NCBI RefSeq assembly: GCF_000195955.2
Contig: NC_000962.3
Span: 3,990,001-4,022,000, forward strand
Source of the DNA: Mycobacterium tuberculosis H37Rv
GTDB taxonomy: Bacteria; Actinomycetota; Actinomycetes; Mycobacteriales; Mycobacteriaceae
Direction of reading: 5' to 3'
DNA: 32,000 nt
In this document: one piece after another, positions 7,647-18,182 of the stretch
Position numbering within the stretch: the first letter of the stretch is position 1
How the letters are laid out: each line of letters opens with the position of its first letter
Position numbers and translations under genes: made by a program
The notes under the pieces: model-generated
Databases searched by the model: none
What the model saw: the letters and a program-made list of their open reading frames with translations, nothing else
Told to the model about the DNA's origin: nothing

Positions 7647-7660
7647 ACCAAGCGCTTGCT
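7647..7660. promoter_or_regulatory. KstR2 operator ACCAAGCGCTTGCT
   Basis: Exact match to the published KstR2 motif AnCAAGnnCTTGnT as I remember it. It is a perfect CAAGCGCTTG dyad in the kstR2 5' region. Confidence 0.85.
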
Positions 7661-7979
7661 CGGCCAGCTGCGACCTCGATGGGGTGGGAATCCGGGAATT
7701 CGGTACGAGGGATGCGCCCTTCGCTCACCGGGGCATTAGATGCGACGTTGCTGGCGCTGGATGGACGCCTTGCCCGCACAGCCCGGCCCAGGTGCAGGAT
7801 CGAGGGGCTTGGTACCTGATCACGGGAGACATCTGGGGTATCGGCGGAGAGTGCCTAGCGTTCTGGGCATTCTGGCGGATTGCGCATATTCTTCCGCGCG
7901 TCGTCATAGCCTAATCGGACTACGCGGATCGTGCCGATCACCCTGGTGCGGCGGCGGCGCCAGTAACGAGGAGGTCAAC

Positions 7980-9638
7980 ATGGCTCATTTTTCGGTGTTG
8001 CCGCCGGAGATCAACTCGTTGCGGATGTACCTGGGTGCCGGTTCGGCGCCGATGCTTCAGGCGGCGGCGGCCTGGGACGGGCTGGCCGCGGAGTTGGGAA
8101 CCGCCGCGTCGTCGTTCTCCTCGGTGACCACGGGGTTAACCGGGCAGGCGTGGCAGGGCCCGGCGTCGGCGGCGATGGCCGCCGCGGCGGCGCCGTATGC
8201 GGGCTTTTTGACCACAGCCTCGGCTCAAGCCCAGCTGGCTGCCGGGCAGGCTAAGGCGGTGGCCAGCGTGTTCGAGGCCGCCAAGGCCGCGATCGTGCCT
8301 CCGGCCGCGGTGGCGGCCAACCGTGAGGCGTTCTTGGCGTTGATTCGGTCGAATTGGCTGGGGCTCAACGCGCCGTGGATCGCCGCCGTTGAAAGCCTTT
8401 ACGAGGAATACTGGGCCGCTGATGTGGCGGCGATGACCGGCTATCACGCCGGGGCCTCGCAGGCCGCCGCGCAGTTGCCGTTGCCGGCCGGCCTGCAACA
8501 GTTCCTCAACACCCTGCCCAATCTGGGCATCGGCAACCAGGGCAACGCCAACCTCGGCGGCGGCAACACCGGCAGCGGCAACATCGGCAACGGAAACAAA
8601 GGCAGCTCCAACCTCGGCGGCGGCAACATCGGCAATAACAACATCGGCAGCGGCAACCGAGGCAGCGACAACTTCGGCGCCGGCAACGTCGGCACCGGAA
8701 ACATCGGCTTCGGCAACCAGGGCCCCATAGACGTTAACCTCTTGGCGACGCCGGGCCAGAACAACGTGGGCCTGGGCAACATCGGCAACAACAACATGGG
8801 CTTCGGCAACACCGGCGACGCCAACACCGGCGGCGGCAACACCGGCAACGGCAACATCGGTGGCGGCAACACCGGCAACAACAACTTCGGCTTCGGCAAC
8901 ACCGGCAACAACAACATCGGAATCGGGCTCACCGGCAACAATCAGATGGGCATCAACCTGGCCGGGCTGCTGAACTCCGGCAGCGGCAATATCGGCATCG
9001 GCAACTCCGGCACCAACAACATCGGCTTGTTCAACTCCGGCAGCGGCAACATCGGCGTCTTCAACACCGGAGCCAATACCCTGGTGCCTGGCGACCTCAA
9101 CAACCTGGGCGTCGGGAATTCCGGCAACGCCAACATCGGCTTCGGGAACGCGGGCGTTCTCAACACCGGCTTCGGGAACGCGAGCATCCTCAACACCGGC
9201 TTGGGGAACGCGGGTGAATTAAACACCGGCTTCGGAAACGCGGGCTTCGTCAACACGGGGTTTGACAACTCCGGCAACGTCAACACCGGCAATGGGAACT
9301 CGGGCAACATCAACACCGGCTCGTGGAATGCGGGCAATGTGAACACCGGTTTCGGGATCATTACCGACAGCGGCCTGACCAACTCGGGCTTCGGCAACAC
9401 CGGCACCGACGTCTCGGGCTTCTTCAACACCCCCACCGGCCCCTTAGCCGTCGACGTCTCCGGGTTCTTCAACACGGCCAGCGGGGGCACTGTCATCAAC
9501 GGCCAGACCTCGGGCATTGGCAACATCGGCGTCCCGGGCACCCTCTTTGGCTCCGTCCGGAGCGGCTTGAACACGGGCCTGTTTAACATGGGCACCGCCA
9601 TATCGGGGTTGTTCAACCTGCGCCAGCTGTTGGGGTAG
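7980..9638 (+). CDS. PPE64: PPE64 (Rv3558-like), PPE family protein of the MPTR subfamily
   Basis: ATG at 7980 is preceded by GAGGAGG and gives 552 aa. The N-terminus [22 protein letters not shown] is a PPE domain. A long run of NxGxGNxG repeats follows. Confidence 0.93.
   Translation: MAHFSVLPPEINSLRMYLGAGSAPMLQAAAAWDGLAAELGTAASSFSSVTTGLTGQAWQGPASAAMAAAAAPYAGFLTTASAQAQLAAGQAKAVASVFEAAKAAIVPPAAVAANREAFLALIRSNWLGLNAPWIAAVESLYEEYWAADVAAMTGYHAGASQAAAQLPLPAGLQQFLNTLPNLGIGNQGNANLGGGNTGSGNIGNGNKGSSNLGGGNIGNNNIGSGNRGSDNFGAGNVGTGNIGFGNQGPIDVNLLATPGQNNVGLGNIGNNNMGFGNTGDANTGGGNTGNGNIGGGNTGNNNFGFGNTGNNNIGIGLTGNNQMGINLAGLLNSGSGNIGIGNSGTNNIGLFNSGSGNIGVFNTGANTLVPGDLNNLGVGNSGNANIGFGNAGVLNTGFGNASILNTGLGNAGELNTGFGNAGFVNTGFDNSGNVNTGNGNSGNINTGSWNAGNVNTGFGIITDSGLTNSGFGNTGTDVSGFFNTPTGPLAVDVSGFFNTASGGTVINGQTSGIGNIGVPGTLFGSVRSGLNTGLFNMGTAISGLFNLRQLLG
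8521..9420 (+). repeat. MPTR (major polymorphic tandem repeat) coding repeats inside PPE64
   Basis: Degenerate 15-nt periodic units of the type GGCAACACCGGCAAC encode N-x-G-x-G-N-x-G, e.g. [32 protein letters not shown]. The boundaries are approximate. Confidence 0.85.
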
Positions 9639-9646
9639 CGCGACAC

Positions 9647-10431
9647 TCACGGGTGCTGGCAGGATACCGAAATCACCTCACCAGTCAGGTAACTCGAGTA
9701 GTCGCTGGCCAGAAACGCGATGGTGGCCGCCACCTCCCAGGGCTCGGCGGCCCGGCCGAACGCCTCGCCGGCCGCCAGCCGGTCCAGCAGCTCGGCCGAG
9801 GCGGTCTTGTCCAGGAACTTGTGCCGGGCGATGCTGGGCGAGACGGCGTTGATCCGCACCCCATACTCGGCGGCTTCGATTGCGCTGCACCGGGTCAACG
9901 CCATCACCCCGGCCTTGGCGGCGGCATAGTGCGACTGCGAATGCTGGGCCCGCCAGCCCAGCACGCTGGCGTTGTTGACGATCACCCCGCCATGCGGCGC
10001 GTCGCGGAAGTAGCGCAATGCGGCCCGGGTGGCCCGGAACACCGACGTCAGGCTCACGTCTAACACGCGGTCCCACTCGTCGTCGGTCATGTCGGCCACC
10101 GGCGTCTGCCCGCCCAGCCCGGCGTTGTTGACCAGCACGTCGAGCCGGCCCATCCGGGCGGTGGTCGAGTCGATCAGCGCGTCGACCTGGGCGGTGGACG
10201 TCACGTCGCACACCACATGCTCCACCCGGCCCAGCCCCAGCGCAGACAACTCGGCGGCCGTCTCCCCCAGCCGTCGTTCATGGTGGTCCGAGATCACCAC
10301 GTCGGCGCCCTCCGCCAAGGCTCGCCGCGCGGTGGCCGAACCGATGCCGGTGCCCGCAGCCGCCGTCACGACGACCACCTTGCCATCCAGAAGTCCATGT
10401 CCGGCAATCTCTTTCGGCGCTACGGACAGGT

Positions 10432-10435
<4 letters not shown>
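9647..10435 (-). CDS. ipdF: IpdF (Rv3559c-like) short-chain dehydrogenase/reductase
   Basis: ATG at 10435 (MNLSVAPKEI) gives 262 aa and an ATGA overlap with the fadE30 stop (10432-10434). SDR motifs TAAAGTGIG and YAAAK are present. Confidence 0.9.
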
Positions 10436-11589
<1,154 letters not shown>

Positions 11590-11606
11590 GCCCTGTAGGC
11601 TAACCT

Positions 11607-11620
11607 ACCAAGCACTTGCT
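11607..11620. promoter_or_regulatory. KstR2 operator ACCAAGCACTTGCT in the 47-bp fadE30/fadD3 divergent spacer
   Basis: Matches AnCAAGnnCTTGnT. It sits within a longer imperfect dyad, CTAACCTACCAAGCACTTGCTTTGTTAG (about 11600-11628). Confidence 0.85.
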
Positions 11621-11636
11621 TTGTTAGGAGCGTCCG

Positions 11637-13160
11637 TTGATAAACGATCTGCGCACCGTGCCCGCGGCGCTGGATCGTCTCGTGCGCCAGCTACCCGACC
11701 ACACGGCGTTGATCGCCGAGGACCGGCGTTTCACGTCGACCGAGCTGCGCGACGCGGTCTACGGCGCCGCGGCGGCGCTGATCGCCCTCGGTGTCGAACC
11801 CGCAGACCGGGTGGCCATCTGGTCGCCGAACACCTGGCACTGGGTGGTGGCCTGCCTGGCGATCCACCACGCCGGCGCCGCGGTGGTGCCGTTGAACACC
11901 CGCTACACCGCCACAGAAGCCACCGACATCTTGGACCGAGCCGGCGCGCCGGTGCTGTTCGCGGCGGGCCTCTTCCTGGGCGCCGACCGGGCGGCCGGCC
12001 TGGACCGGGCCGCGCTGCCCGCGTTGCGGCACGTCGTGCGGGTGCCGGTCGAAGCCGACGACGGGACCTGGGACGAGTTCATCGCCACGGGTGCCGGGGC
12101 CCTGGATGCCGTCGCAGCCCGTGCCGCCGCCGTCGCACCCCAGGACGTCAGCGACATCCTGTTCACCTCCGGCACCACCGGCCGCAGCAAAGGCGTGCTG
12201 TGCGCGCACCGGCAGTCGCTGTCGGCCTCGGCATCCTGGGCCGCCAACGGGAAGATCACCAGCGACGACCGCTACCTGTGCATCAACCCGTTCTTCCACA
12301 ACTTCGGCTACAAGGCCGGCATCCTGGCCTGCCTGCAGACCGGTGCCACGCTGATCCCGCACGTGACGTTCGATCCGCTGCACGCGCTGCGGGCCATCGA
12401 GCGCCACCGCATCACCGTGTTGCCGGGCCCTCCGACCATCTACCAGAGCCTGCTGGATCACCCGGCCCGCAAAGACTTCGACCTGAGCTCGCTGCGGTTC
12501 GCGGTCACCGGTGCGGCCACCGTGCCGGTGGTGCTGGTGGAGCGCATGCAGTCCGAACTTGACATCGACATCGTGCTGACCGCCTACGGGTTGACCGAGG
12601 CCAACGGGATGGGGACGATGTGCCGCCCCGAGGACGACGCGGTGACCGTTGCGACGACGTGCGGGCGGCCGTTCGCCGACTTTGAGTTGCGCATTGCGGA
12701 CGACGGGGAAGTGTTGCTGCGCGGGCCGAACGTCATGGTGGGCTATCTGGACGACACGGAGGCGACCGCGGCCGCCATCGACGCCGACGGCTGGCTGCAC
12801 ACCGGCGACATCGGTGCCGTCGACCAGGCGGGCAACCTGCGCATCACCGACCGCCTGAAGGACATGTACATCTGCGGCGGATTCAACGTCTATCCCGCCG
12901 AGGTCGAGCAGGTGCTGGCCCGGATGGACGGCGTCGCGGACGCCGCGGTGATCGGCGTTCCCGACCAGCGGCTGGGCGAGGTCGGCCGGGCGTTCGTGGT
13001 GGCGCGCCCCGGCACGGGCCTCGACGAGGCATCGGTGATCGCTTACACCCGTGAACATTTGGCGAACTTCAAGACACCCCGGTCGGTGCGGTTCGTCGAC
13101 GTACTGCCGCGCAACGCCGCCGGTAAGGTGAGCAAACCACAACTGCGAGAGCTGGGCTAG
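11637..13160 (+). CDS. fadD3: FadD3 (Rv3561-like) HIP-CoA synthetase, adenylate-forming acyl-CoA ligase
   Basis: 507-aa ORF starting at TTG 11637, with AMP-binding motif LFTSGTTGRSKGV. The stop abuts the fadE31 ATG at 13161. Confidence 0.93.
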   Translation: MINDLRTVPAALDRLVRQLPDHTALIAEDRRFTSTELRDAVYGAAAALIALGVEPADRVAIWSPNTWHWVVACLAIHHAGAAVVPLNTRYTATEATDILDRAGAPVLFAAGLFLGADRAAGLDRAALPALRHVVRVPVEADDGTWDEFIATGAGALDAVAARAAAVAPQDVSDILFTSGTTGRSKGVLCAHRQSLSASASWAANGKITSDDRYLCINPFFHNFGYKAGILACLQTGATLIPHVTFDPLHALRAIERHRITVLPGPPTIYQSLLDHPARKDFDLSSLRFAVTGAATVPVVLVERMQSELDIDIVLTAYGLTEANGMGTMCRPEDDAVTVATTCGRPFADFELRIADDGEVLLRGPNVMVGYLDDTEATAAAIDADGWLHTGDIGAVDQAGNLRITDRLKDMYICGGFNVYPAEVEQVLARMDGVADAAVIGVPDQRLGEVGRAFVVARPGTGLDEASVIAYTREHLANFKTPRSVRFVDVLPRNAAGKVSKPQLRELG

Positions 13161-14294
13161 ATGGACCTGAATTTCGACGACGAGACCCTGGCCTTTCAGG
13201 CCGAGGTGCGCGAGTTCCTCGCCGCCAATGCCGCATCGATCCCGACGAAGTCCTACGACAATGCGGAAGGCTTTGCGCAACACCGTTATTGGGACCGAGT
13301 ACTGTTCGACGCGGGCCTGTCGGTGATCACCTGGCCGGCTAAGTATGGTGGCCGGGACGCGCCGCTGCTGCACTGGATCGTGTTCGAGGAGGAGTACTTT
13401 CGCGCCGGCGCCCCGGGCCGGGCCAGCGCCAACGGCACCTCGATGCTGGCGCCGACGCTGTTCGCGCACGGCACAGCCGAACAGCTTGACCGGATCCTGC
13501 CGAAAATGGCTAGCGGCGAACAGATCTGGGCGCAGGCCTGGTCGGAGCCGGAATCCGGCAGCGACCTGGCGTCGCTGCGCTCCACCGCGAGCAAGGTCGA
13601 CGGCGGCTGGCTACTCAACGGGCAGAAGATCTGGAGCTCGCGGGCGCCGTTCGCCGACATGGGTTTTGGGCTGTTCCGCTCCGATCCCGCGGTCGAACGG
13701 CACCGCGGGCTCACGTATTTCATGTTCGACCTGAAAGCCAAGGGTGTTACCGTGCGCCCAATCGCCCAACTGGGCGGCGACACCGGTTTCGGTGAGATCT
13801 TTCTCGACGACGTGTTCGTCCCCGACCGGGATGTGATTGGGGCACCGAACGACGGATGGCGCGCGGCCATGAGCACGTCAAGCAACGAGCGCGGCATGTC
13901 GCTGCGCAGCCCAGCCCGCTTCCTGGCCTCCGCCGAACGGCTGGTCCAGCTGTGGAAGGACCGCGGCTCGCCCCCGGAGTTCGCCGACCGGGTCGCCGAC
14001 GCCTGGATCAAGGCGCAGGCCTACCGGCTGCAGACCTTCGGCACGGTGACCAGGCTGGCCGCCGGTGGCGAACTGGGGGCGGAATCGTCGGTGACCAAGG
14101 TGTTCTGGTCCGAGCTGGACGTGCACTTGCATCAGACCGCGCTCGACCTGCGCGGCGCCGATGGGGAGCTGGCCGGCCCGTGGACCGAGGGGTTGCTGTT
14201 CGCCCTGGGCGGCCCGATCTATGCCGGGACCAACGAAATCCAGCGCAACATCATTGCCGAACGGCTGCTGGGCCTGCCACGCGAGAAGACGTGA
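13161..14294 (+). CDS. fadE31: FadE31 (Rv3562-like) acyl-CoA dehydrogenase, alpha-type subunit
   Basis: 377-aa ORF with SEPESGSDLAS and the C-terminal YAGTNEIQRNIIAERLLGLPRE. Confidence 0.94.
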   Translation: MDLNFDDETLAFQAEVREFLAANAASIPTKSYDNAEGFAQHRYWDRVLFDAGLSVITWPAKYGGRDAPLLHWIVFEEEYFRAGAPGRASANGTSMLAPTLFAHGTAEQLDRILPKMASGEQIWAQAWSEPESGSDLASLRSTASKVDGGWLLNGQKIWSSRAPFADMGFGLFRSDPAVERHRGLTYFMFDLKAKGVTVRPIAQLGGDTGFGEIFLDDVFVPDRDVIGAPNDGWRAAMSTSSNERGMSLRSPARFLASAERLVQLWKDRGSPPEFADRVADAWIKAQAYRLQTFGTVTRLAAGGELGAESSVTKVFWSELDVHLHQTALDLRGADGELAGPWTEGLLFALGGPIYAGTNEIQRNIIAERLLGLPREKT

Positions 14295-15250
14295 CCATGG
14301 AATTCGCACTCAACGAACAGCAGCGCGACTTCGCGGCCAGCATCGACGCGGCGCTCGGCGCCGCCGACCTGCCCGGCGTCGTCCGTGCTTGGGCTGCCGG
14401 TGATGTGGCGCCCGGCCGCAAGGTGTGGCAGCAGTTGGCCAACCTGGGCGTCACCGCGTTGGGCGTAGCGGAGAAGTTCGACGGACTGGGTGCCAGTCCG
14501 GTCGATCTGGTTGTCGCGCTCGAACGTCTCGGGCGCTGGTGCGTGCCCGGCCCGGTCACCGAATCCATTGCCGTGGCACCGATTCTGCTGGCTCATGATG
14601 ATCAGGCTGAACGCAGCCATGGGCTAGCTTCCGGTGAGCTCATCGCCACCGTGGCCATGCCGCCGCGGGTTCCGCGCGCCGTCGACGCCGACACCGCCGG
14701 GCTGGTACTGCTCGCGGGCGATGGCAGCGTCACCGAAGGGACGCCGGGTGATTGCCACCGGTCCGTCGACCCCAGCCGGCGGCTGTATGAGGTGGCGGCA
14801 TCCGGCCAGGCCTGGCGGGCCCCGAAAGACGTAGTGGCGCGCGCCTATGAGTTCGGGGCGCTGGCCACCGCCGCACAACTGGTCGGCGCCGGGCAGGCGC
14901 TGCTGGAGGCCGCCGTCAACTACGCCAAACAGCGCACGCAGTTCGGCCGGGCGATCGGCTCGTATCAGGCCATCAAGCACAAACTCGCCGACGTGCACAT
15001 TGCGATCGAGCTGGCCTGCCCCCTGGTTTACGGCGCGGCCGTGTCACTCGAGCCGCGCGATGTCAGCGCCGCCAAAGCCGCCGCGAGCGAGGCGGCTCTG
15101 CTGGCGGCACGCTGGGCGTTGCAGACCCACGGCGCCATCGGGTTCACCTGCGAGCATGACCTGTCGCTGTGGTTGTTGCGGGTGCAGGCGTTGCACTCGG
15201 CCTGGGGTACGCCGCAGGAGCATCGGCGGCGTGTGCTGGAGGCGCTATGA
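14291..15250 (+). CDS. fadE32: FadE32 (Rv3563-like) acyl-CoA dehydrogenase-like, beta-type subunit lacking the catalytic-Glu motif
   Basis: GTG at 14291 (VTMEFALNEQQ) gives 319 aa and a GTGA overlap with the fadE31 stop. An ATG at 14297 is an alternative start. It has ACAD C-terminal-domain similarity (FGRAIGSYQAIKHKLAD) but ends ...HDLSLWLLRVQALHSAWG with no GxxE motif. Confidence 0.88.
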   Translation: MTMEFALNEQQRDFAASIDAALGAADLPGVVRAWAAGDVAPGRKVWQQLANLGVTALGVAEKFDGLGASPVDLVVALERLGRWCVPGPVTESIAVAPILLAHDDQAERSHGLASGELIATVAMPPRVPRAVDADTAGLVLLAGDGSVTEGTPGDCHRSVDPSRRLYEVAASGQAWRAPKDVVARAYEFGALATAAQLVGAGQALLEAAVNYAKQRTQFGRAIGSYQAIKHKLADVHIAIELACPLVYGAAVSLEPRDVSAAKAAASEAALLAARWALQTHGAIGFTCEHDLSLWLLRVQALHSAWGTPQEHRRRVLEAL

Positions 15251-16203
15251 CCCCCCCTGAAGAACGGCAGATGCTACGGGAAACCGTCGCCTCCCTGGTG
15301 GCTAAGCATGCCGGCCCGGCGGCGGTGCGCGCAGCGATGGCCTCCGACCGCGGCTACGACGAATCGCTGTGGCGGCTGCTATGTGAGCAGGTCGGTGCCG
15401 CCGCGCTGGTCATTCCGGAGGAGCTGGGCGGCGCGGGCGGTGAACTCGCCGATGCCGCGATCGTCGTGCAGGAGCTGGGCCGGGCGCTGGTGCCTTCTCC
15501 GCTGCTGGGCACCACGCTGGCGGAGCTGGCGCTGCTGGCCGCAGCTAAGCCGGATGCGCAAGCACTCACGGAGCTTGCCCAAGGCAGCGCGATCGGCGCG
15601 CTGGTGTTGGACCCCGACTACGTGGTCAACGGCGACATCGCCGATATCGTCGTCGCCGCCACCAGCGGGCAGCTGACCAGGTGGACTCGCTTTAGCGCGC
15701 AGCCCGTCGCCACCATGGACCCCACTCGCCGGCTGGCCCGCCTGCAATCCGAAGAGACCGAGCCGCTGTGCCCCGATCCCGGAATCGCCGACACCGCAGC
15801 AATCCTGTTGGCGGCCGAGCAGATCGGCGCCGCCGAACGCTGCCTGCAGCTGACCGTCGAATACGCCAAGAGCCGAGTGCAATTCGGCCGCCCGATCGGC
15901 AGTTTCCAGGCCCTCAAGCATCGGATGGCCGACCTGTATGTGACCATCGCCGCGGCCCGGGCCGTCGTCGCCGACGCCTGCCACGCGCCCACACCCACCA
16001 ACGCCGCCACCGCGCGGCTGGCCGCCAGCGAGGCGTTGAGCACCGCGGCGGCCGAGGGCATCCAACTGCACGGCGGCATCGCGATCACCTGGGAACACGA
16101 CATGCACCTGTATTTCAAACGAGCGCACGGCAGTGCACAATTGCTCGAGTCGCCACGAGAGGTGCTGCGCCGTTTGGAATCTGAGGTGTGGGAGTCGCCG
16201 TGA
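15247..16203 (+). CDS. fadE33: FadE33 (Rv3564-like) acyl-CoA dehydrogenase-like, beta-type subunit (IpdE2)
   Basis: ATG at 15247 (MTPPEERQMLRETV) gives 318 aa and an ATGA overlap with the fadE32 stop. It contains FGRPIGSFQALKHRMAD and the C-terminus WEHDMHLYFKRAHG, with no catalytic-Glu motif. Confidence 0.9.
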   Translation: MTPPEERQMLRETVASLVAKHAGPAAVRAAMASDRGYDESLWRLLCEQVGAAALVIPEELGGAGGELADAAIVVQELGRALVPSPLLGTTLAELALLAAAKPDAQALTELAQGSAIGALVLDPDYVVNGDIADIVVAATSGQLTRWTRFSAQPVATMDPTRRLARLQSEETEPLCPDPGIADTAAILLAAEQIGAAERCLQLTVEYAKSRVQFGRPIGSFQALKHRMADLYVTIAAARAVVADACHAPTPTNAATARLAASEALSTAAAEGIQLHGGIAITWEHDMHLYFKRAHGSAQLLESPREVLRRLESEVWESP

Positions 16204-17366
16204 CGGATCGTGTCGCCCTGCGTGCCGGCGTTCCCCCGTTCTACGTGATGGACGTCTGGTTGGCGGCCGCGGAGCGCCAGCGCACCCATGGGGATCTGGT
16301 GAATCTTTCGGCGGGCCAACCCAGTGCGGGCGCTCCGGAACCGGTGCGTGCGGCCGCGGCCGCCGCCCTGCATCTCAACCAGTTGGGATACTCGGTGGCG
16401 CTGGGTATTCCGGAGCTGCGCGACGCTATCGCCGCGGATTACCAACGCCGGCATGGCATCACCGTCGAACCCGATGCGGTGGTGATCACCACGGGCTCCT
16501 CGGGCGGCTTTCTGCTCGCGTTTCTGGCGTGCTTCGACGCCGGTGATCGGGTCGCGATGGCCAGTCCCGGCTACCCGTGCTACCGGAATATCCTGTCAGC
16601 GCTGGGATGTGAGGTCGTGGAGATCCCGTGCGGACCGCAGACCCGATTCCAACCGACCGCGCAGATGCTGGCCGAGATCGACCCACCGCTGCGCGGTGTC
16701 GTCGTCGCCAGCCCGGCCAACCCGACCGGAACCGTCATCCCGCCCGAAGAACTGGCGGCCATCGCGTCGTGGTGTGACGCATCGGATGTCCGGTTGATCA
16801 GTGATGAGGTCTACCACGGCCTGGTGTACCAGGGGGCACCGCAAACCAGCTGCGCCTGGCAGACGTCGCGAAACGCGGTGGTAGTCAACAGCTTTTCCAA
16901 GTATTACGCGATGACGGGCTGGCGGCTGGGCTGGCTGCTGGTGCCGACGGTGCTGCGCCGCGCGGTGGACTGCCTGACCGGCAACTTCACCATCTGCCCG
17001 CCGGTCTTGTCGCAGATCGCCGCGGTGTCCGCGTTCACCCCGGAGGCGACCGCCGAGGCCGACGGCAACCTGGCCAGCTACGCGATCAACCGCTCGCTGT
17101 TGCTGGACGGTCTGCGTCGCATCGGCATCGACCGGCTGGCACCCACCGACGGCGCATTCTACGTCTACGCCGACGTCTCGGACTTCACCAGCGATTCGCT
17201 GGCCTTCTGCTCAAAGTTGCTGGCCGACACCGGTGTTGCGATCGCACCCGGAATCGATTTCGACACCGCACGGGGGGGTTCGTTTGTTCGGATATCGTTT
17301 GCCGGGCCAAGCGGCGACATCGAAGAAGCCTTACGGCGCATCGGCTCCTGGCTGCCGAGCCAATAG
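16200..17366 (+). CDS. aspB: AspB (Rv3565-like) class I/II PLP-dependent aminotransferase
   Basis: GTG at 16200 gives 388 aa and a GTGA overlap with the fadE33 stop. The PLP-lysine region is NSFSKYYAMTGWRLGW. The 3' end overlaps convergent nat by 36 bp. Confidence 0.9.
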   Translation: MTDRVALRAGVPPFYVMDVWLAAAERQRTHGDLVNLSAGQPSAGAPEPVRAAAAAALHLNQLGYSVALGIPELRDAIAADYQRRHGITVEPDAVVITTGSSGGFLLAFLACFDAGDRVAMASPGYPCYRNILSALGCEVVEIPCGPQTRFQPTAQMLAEIDPPLRGVVVASPANPTGTVIPPEELAAIASWCDASDVRLISDEVYHGLVYQGAPQTSCAWQTSRNAVVVNSFSKYYAMTGWRLGWLLVPTVLRRAVDCLTGNFTICPPVLSQIAAVSAFTPEATAEADGNLASYAINRSLLLDGLRRIGIDRLAPTDGAFYVYADVSDFTSDSLAFCSKLLADTGVAIAPGIDFDTARGGSFVRISFAGPSGDIEEALRRIGSWLPSQ

Positions 17367-18182
17367 CTCGTCGATGCGCGTCTCGAGCGCGCCGCGCTCG
17401 CCGATATCTGCCACGTTGATCCCGAACCGTTCGCTCAGGGTGTCGACAACCGCTGCCGCATCGGCAAGGCGGATCTTCTCGGTACCACCGGCACGGTGAA
17501 CGGCAAGGTCGCGGCCAGATAGGTTCCACCGGGCGTCGTCGGTGATCACCGCGGCGGTCAGTCCCGTGACGAACTTCGATGCCGGGTGTGTTGAGGCGTA
17601 CCAGCTGGCCACTTTCAGATCGATCTGCGGGCGGGTCTGGGTGGTGAATTCGTACAGTGTCTGCCATGTGTCCCGGACCATCGCCTGCAAGACAAAGCCG
17701 TCGACGCGGTCCTCGAGCCGATAAGGTTCGTGCGTTGTCGGCTGGACGGCGCCGGTTTCGAGGCGAAGCGGTGAGGTCGGTGTTTGGCCGCCGAATCCGA
17801 CGTCGACGAGATAGCATCCGCCCGAGCCGGGGAACGTGACCCCCAGCAGGGTGTGCGTCTGCGGCGGCAGGGGCGCGTCCGGCGCGAGCTTCCAGACGAC
17901 GCGGGCGGCGAATCGGCGCACCCGATAGCCGAGTTCGGCCAGCACATAACCCATCAGCCCGTTGTGCTCAAAGCAGTACCCGCCTCGGCGCCGAAGTACC
18001 AGCTTGTCGGCCAGCGCCTGTGGACTGAGGTCGTCGACCGGCACCCCCAGCAGCGGGTCGAGGTTCTCGAACGGAATCGTTCGACTGTGCACGGTCACCA
18101 GATCCTGCAGAACATCCAGGGTTGGATCGGTAGCGCCGCGATAGTTGATGCGATCGAAGTACGCGGTCAGATCCAGTGCCAT
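17331..18182 (-). CDS. nat: Arylamine N-acetyltransferase NAT (Rv3566c-like)
   Basis: ATG at 18182 (MALDLTAYFDRINYRG) gives 283 aa. The catalytic-cysteine motif RRRGGYCFEHNGL is present. The longer 462-aa ORF-track call is an open-frame artefact upstream. Confidence 0.94.
   Translation of the reverse strand: MALDLTAYFDRINYRGATDPTLDVLQDLVTVHSRTIPFENLDPLLGVPVDDLSPQALADKLVLRRRGGYCFEHNGLMGYVLAELGYRVRRFAARVVWKLAPDAPLPPQTHTLLGVTFPGSGGCYLVDVGFGGQTPTSPLRLETGAVQPTTHEPYRLEDRVDGFVLQAMVRDTWQTLYEFTTQTRPQIDLKVASWYASTHPASKFVTGLTAAVITDDARWNLSGRDLAVHRAGGTEKIRLADAAAVVDTLSERFGINVADIGERGALETRIDELLARQPGADAP

Noticed and set aside
7684-7914. Small ORFs (76 aa +, 60 aa -) in the kstR2/PPE64 intergenic region.
   Set aside because: They have no SD, no recognisable motifs and mutually overlap on opposite strands. 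The region is more simply the PPE64 promoter/leader.
8521-9420. Highly regular short repeats, considered as a possible CRISPR array or non-coding tandem repeat.
   Set aside because: The repeats are degenerate 15-nt coding units in a single open frame encoding NxGxGNxG. There is no repeat-spacer architecture and no cas genes in the window.
8444-9646. Two long minus-strand ORFs (165 and 234 aa) with LPxP-type periodic sequence opposite PPE64.
   Set aside because: They are mirror images of the MPTR repeat periodicity on the antisense strand. The sense strand has a canonical PPE N-terminal domain and SD. There is no independent support.
11691-13469. 592-aa minus-strand ORF spanning fadD3 and the start of fadE31.
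   Set aside because: It is antisense to two well-supported, motif-bearing genes. Its composition (R, G, A, P, V, H rich) is a GC-skew artefact, and it crosses a gene boundary.
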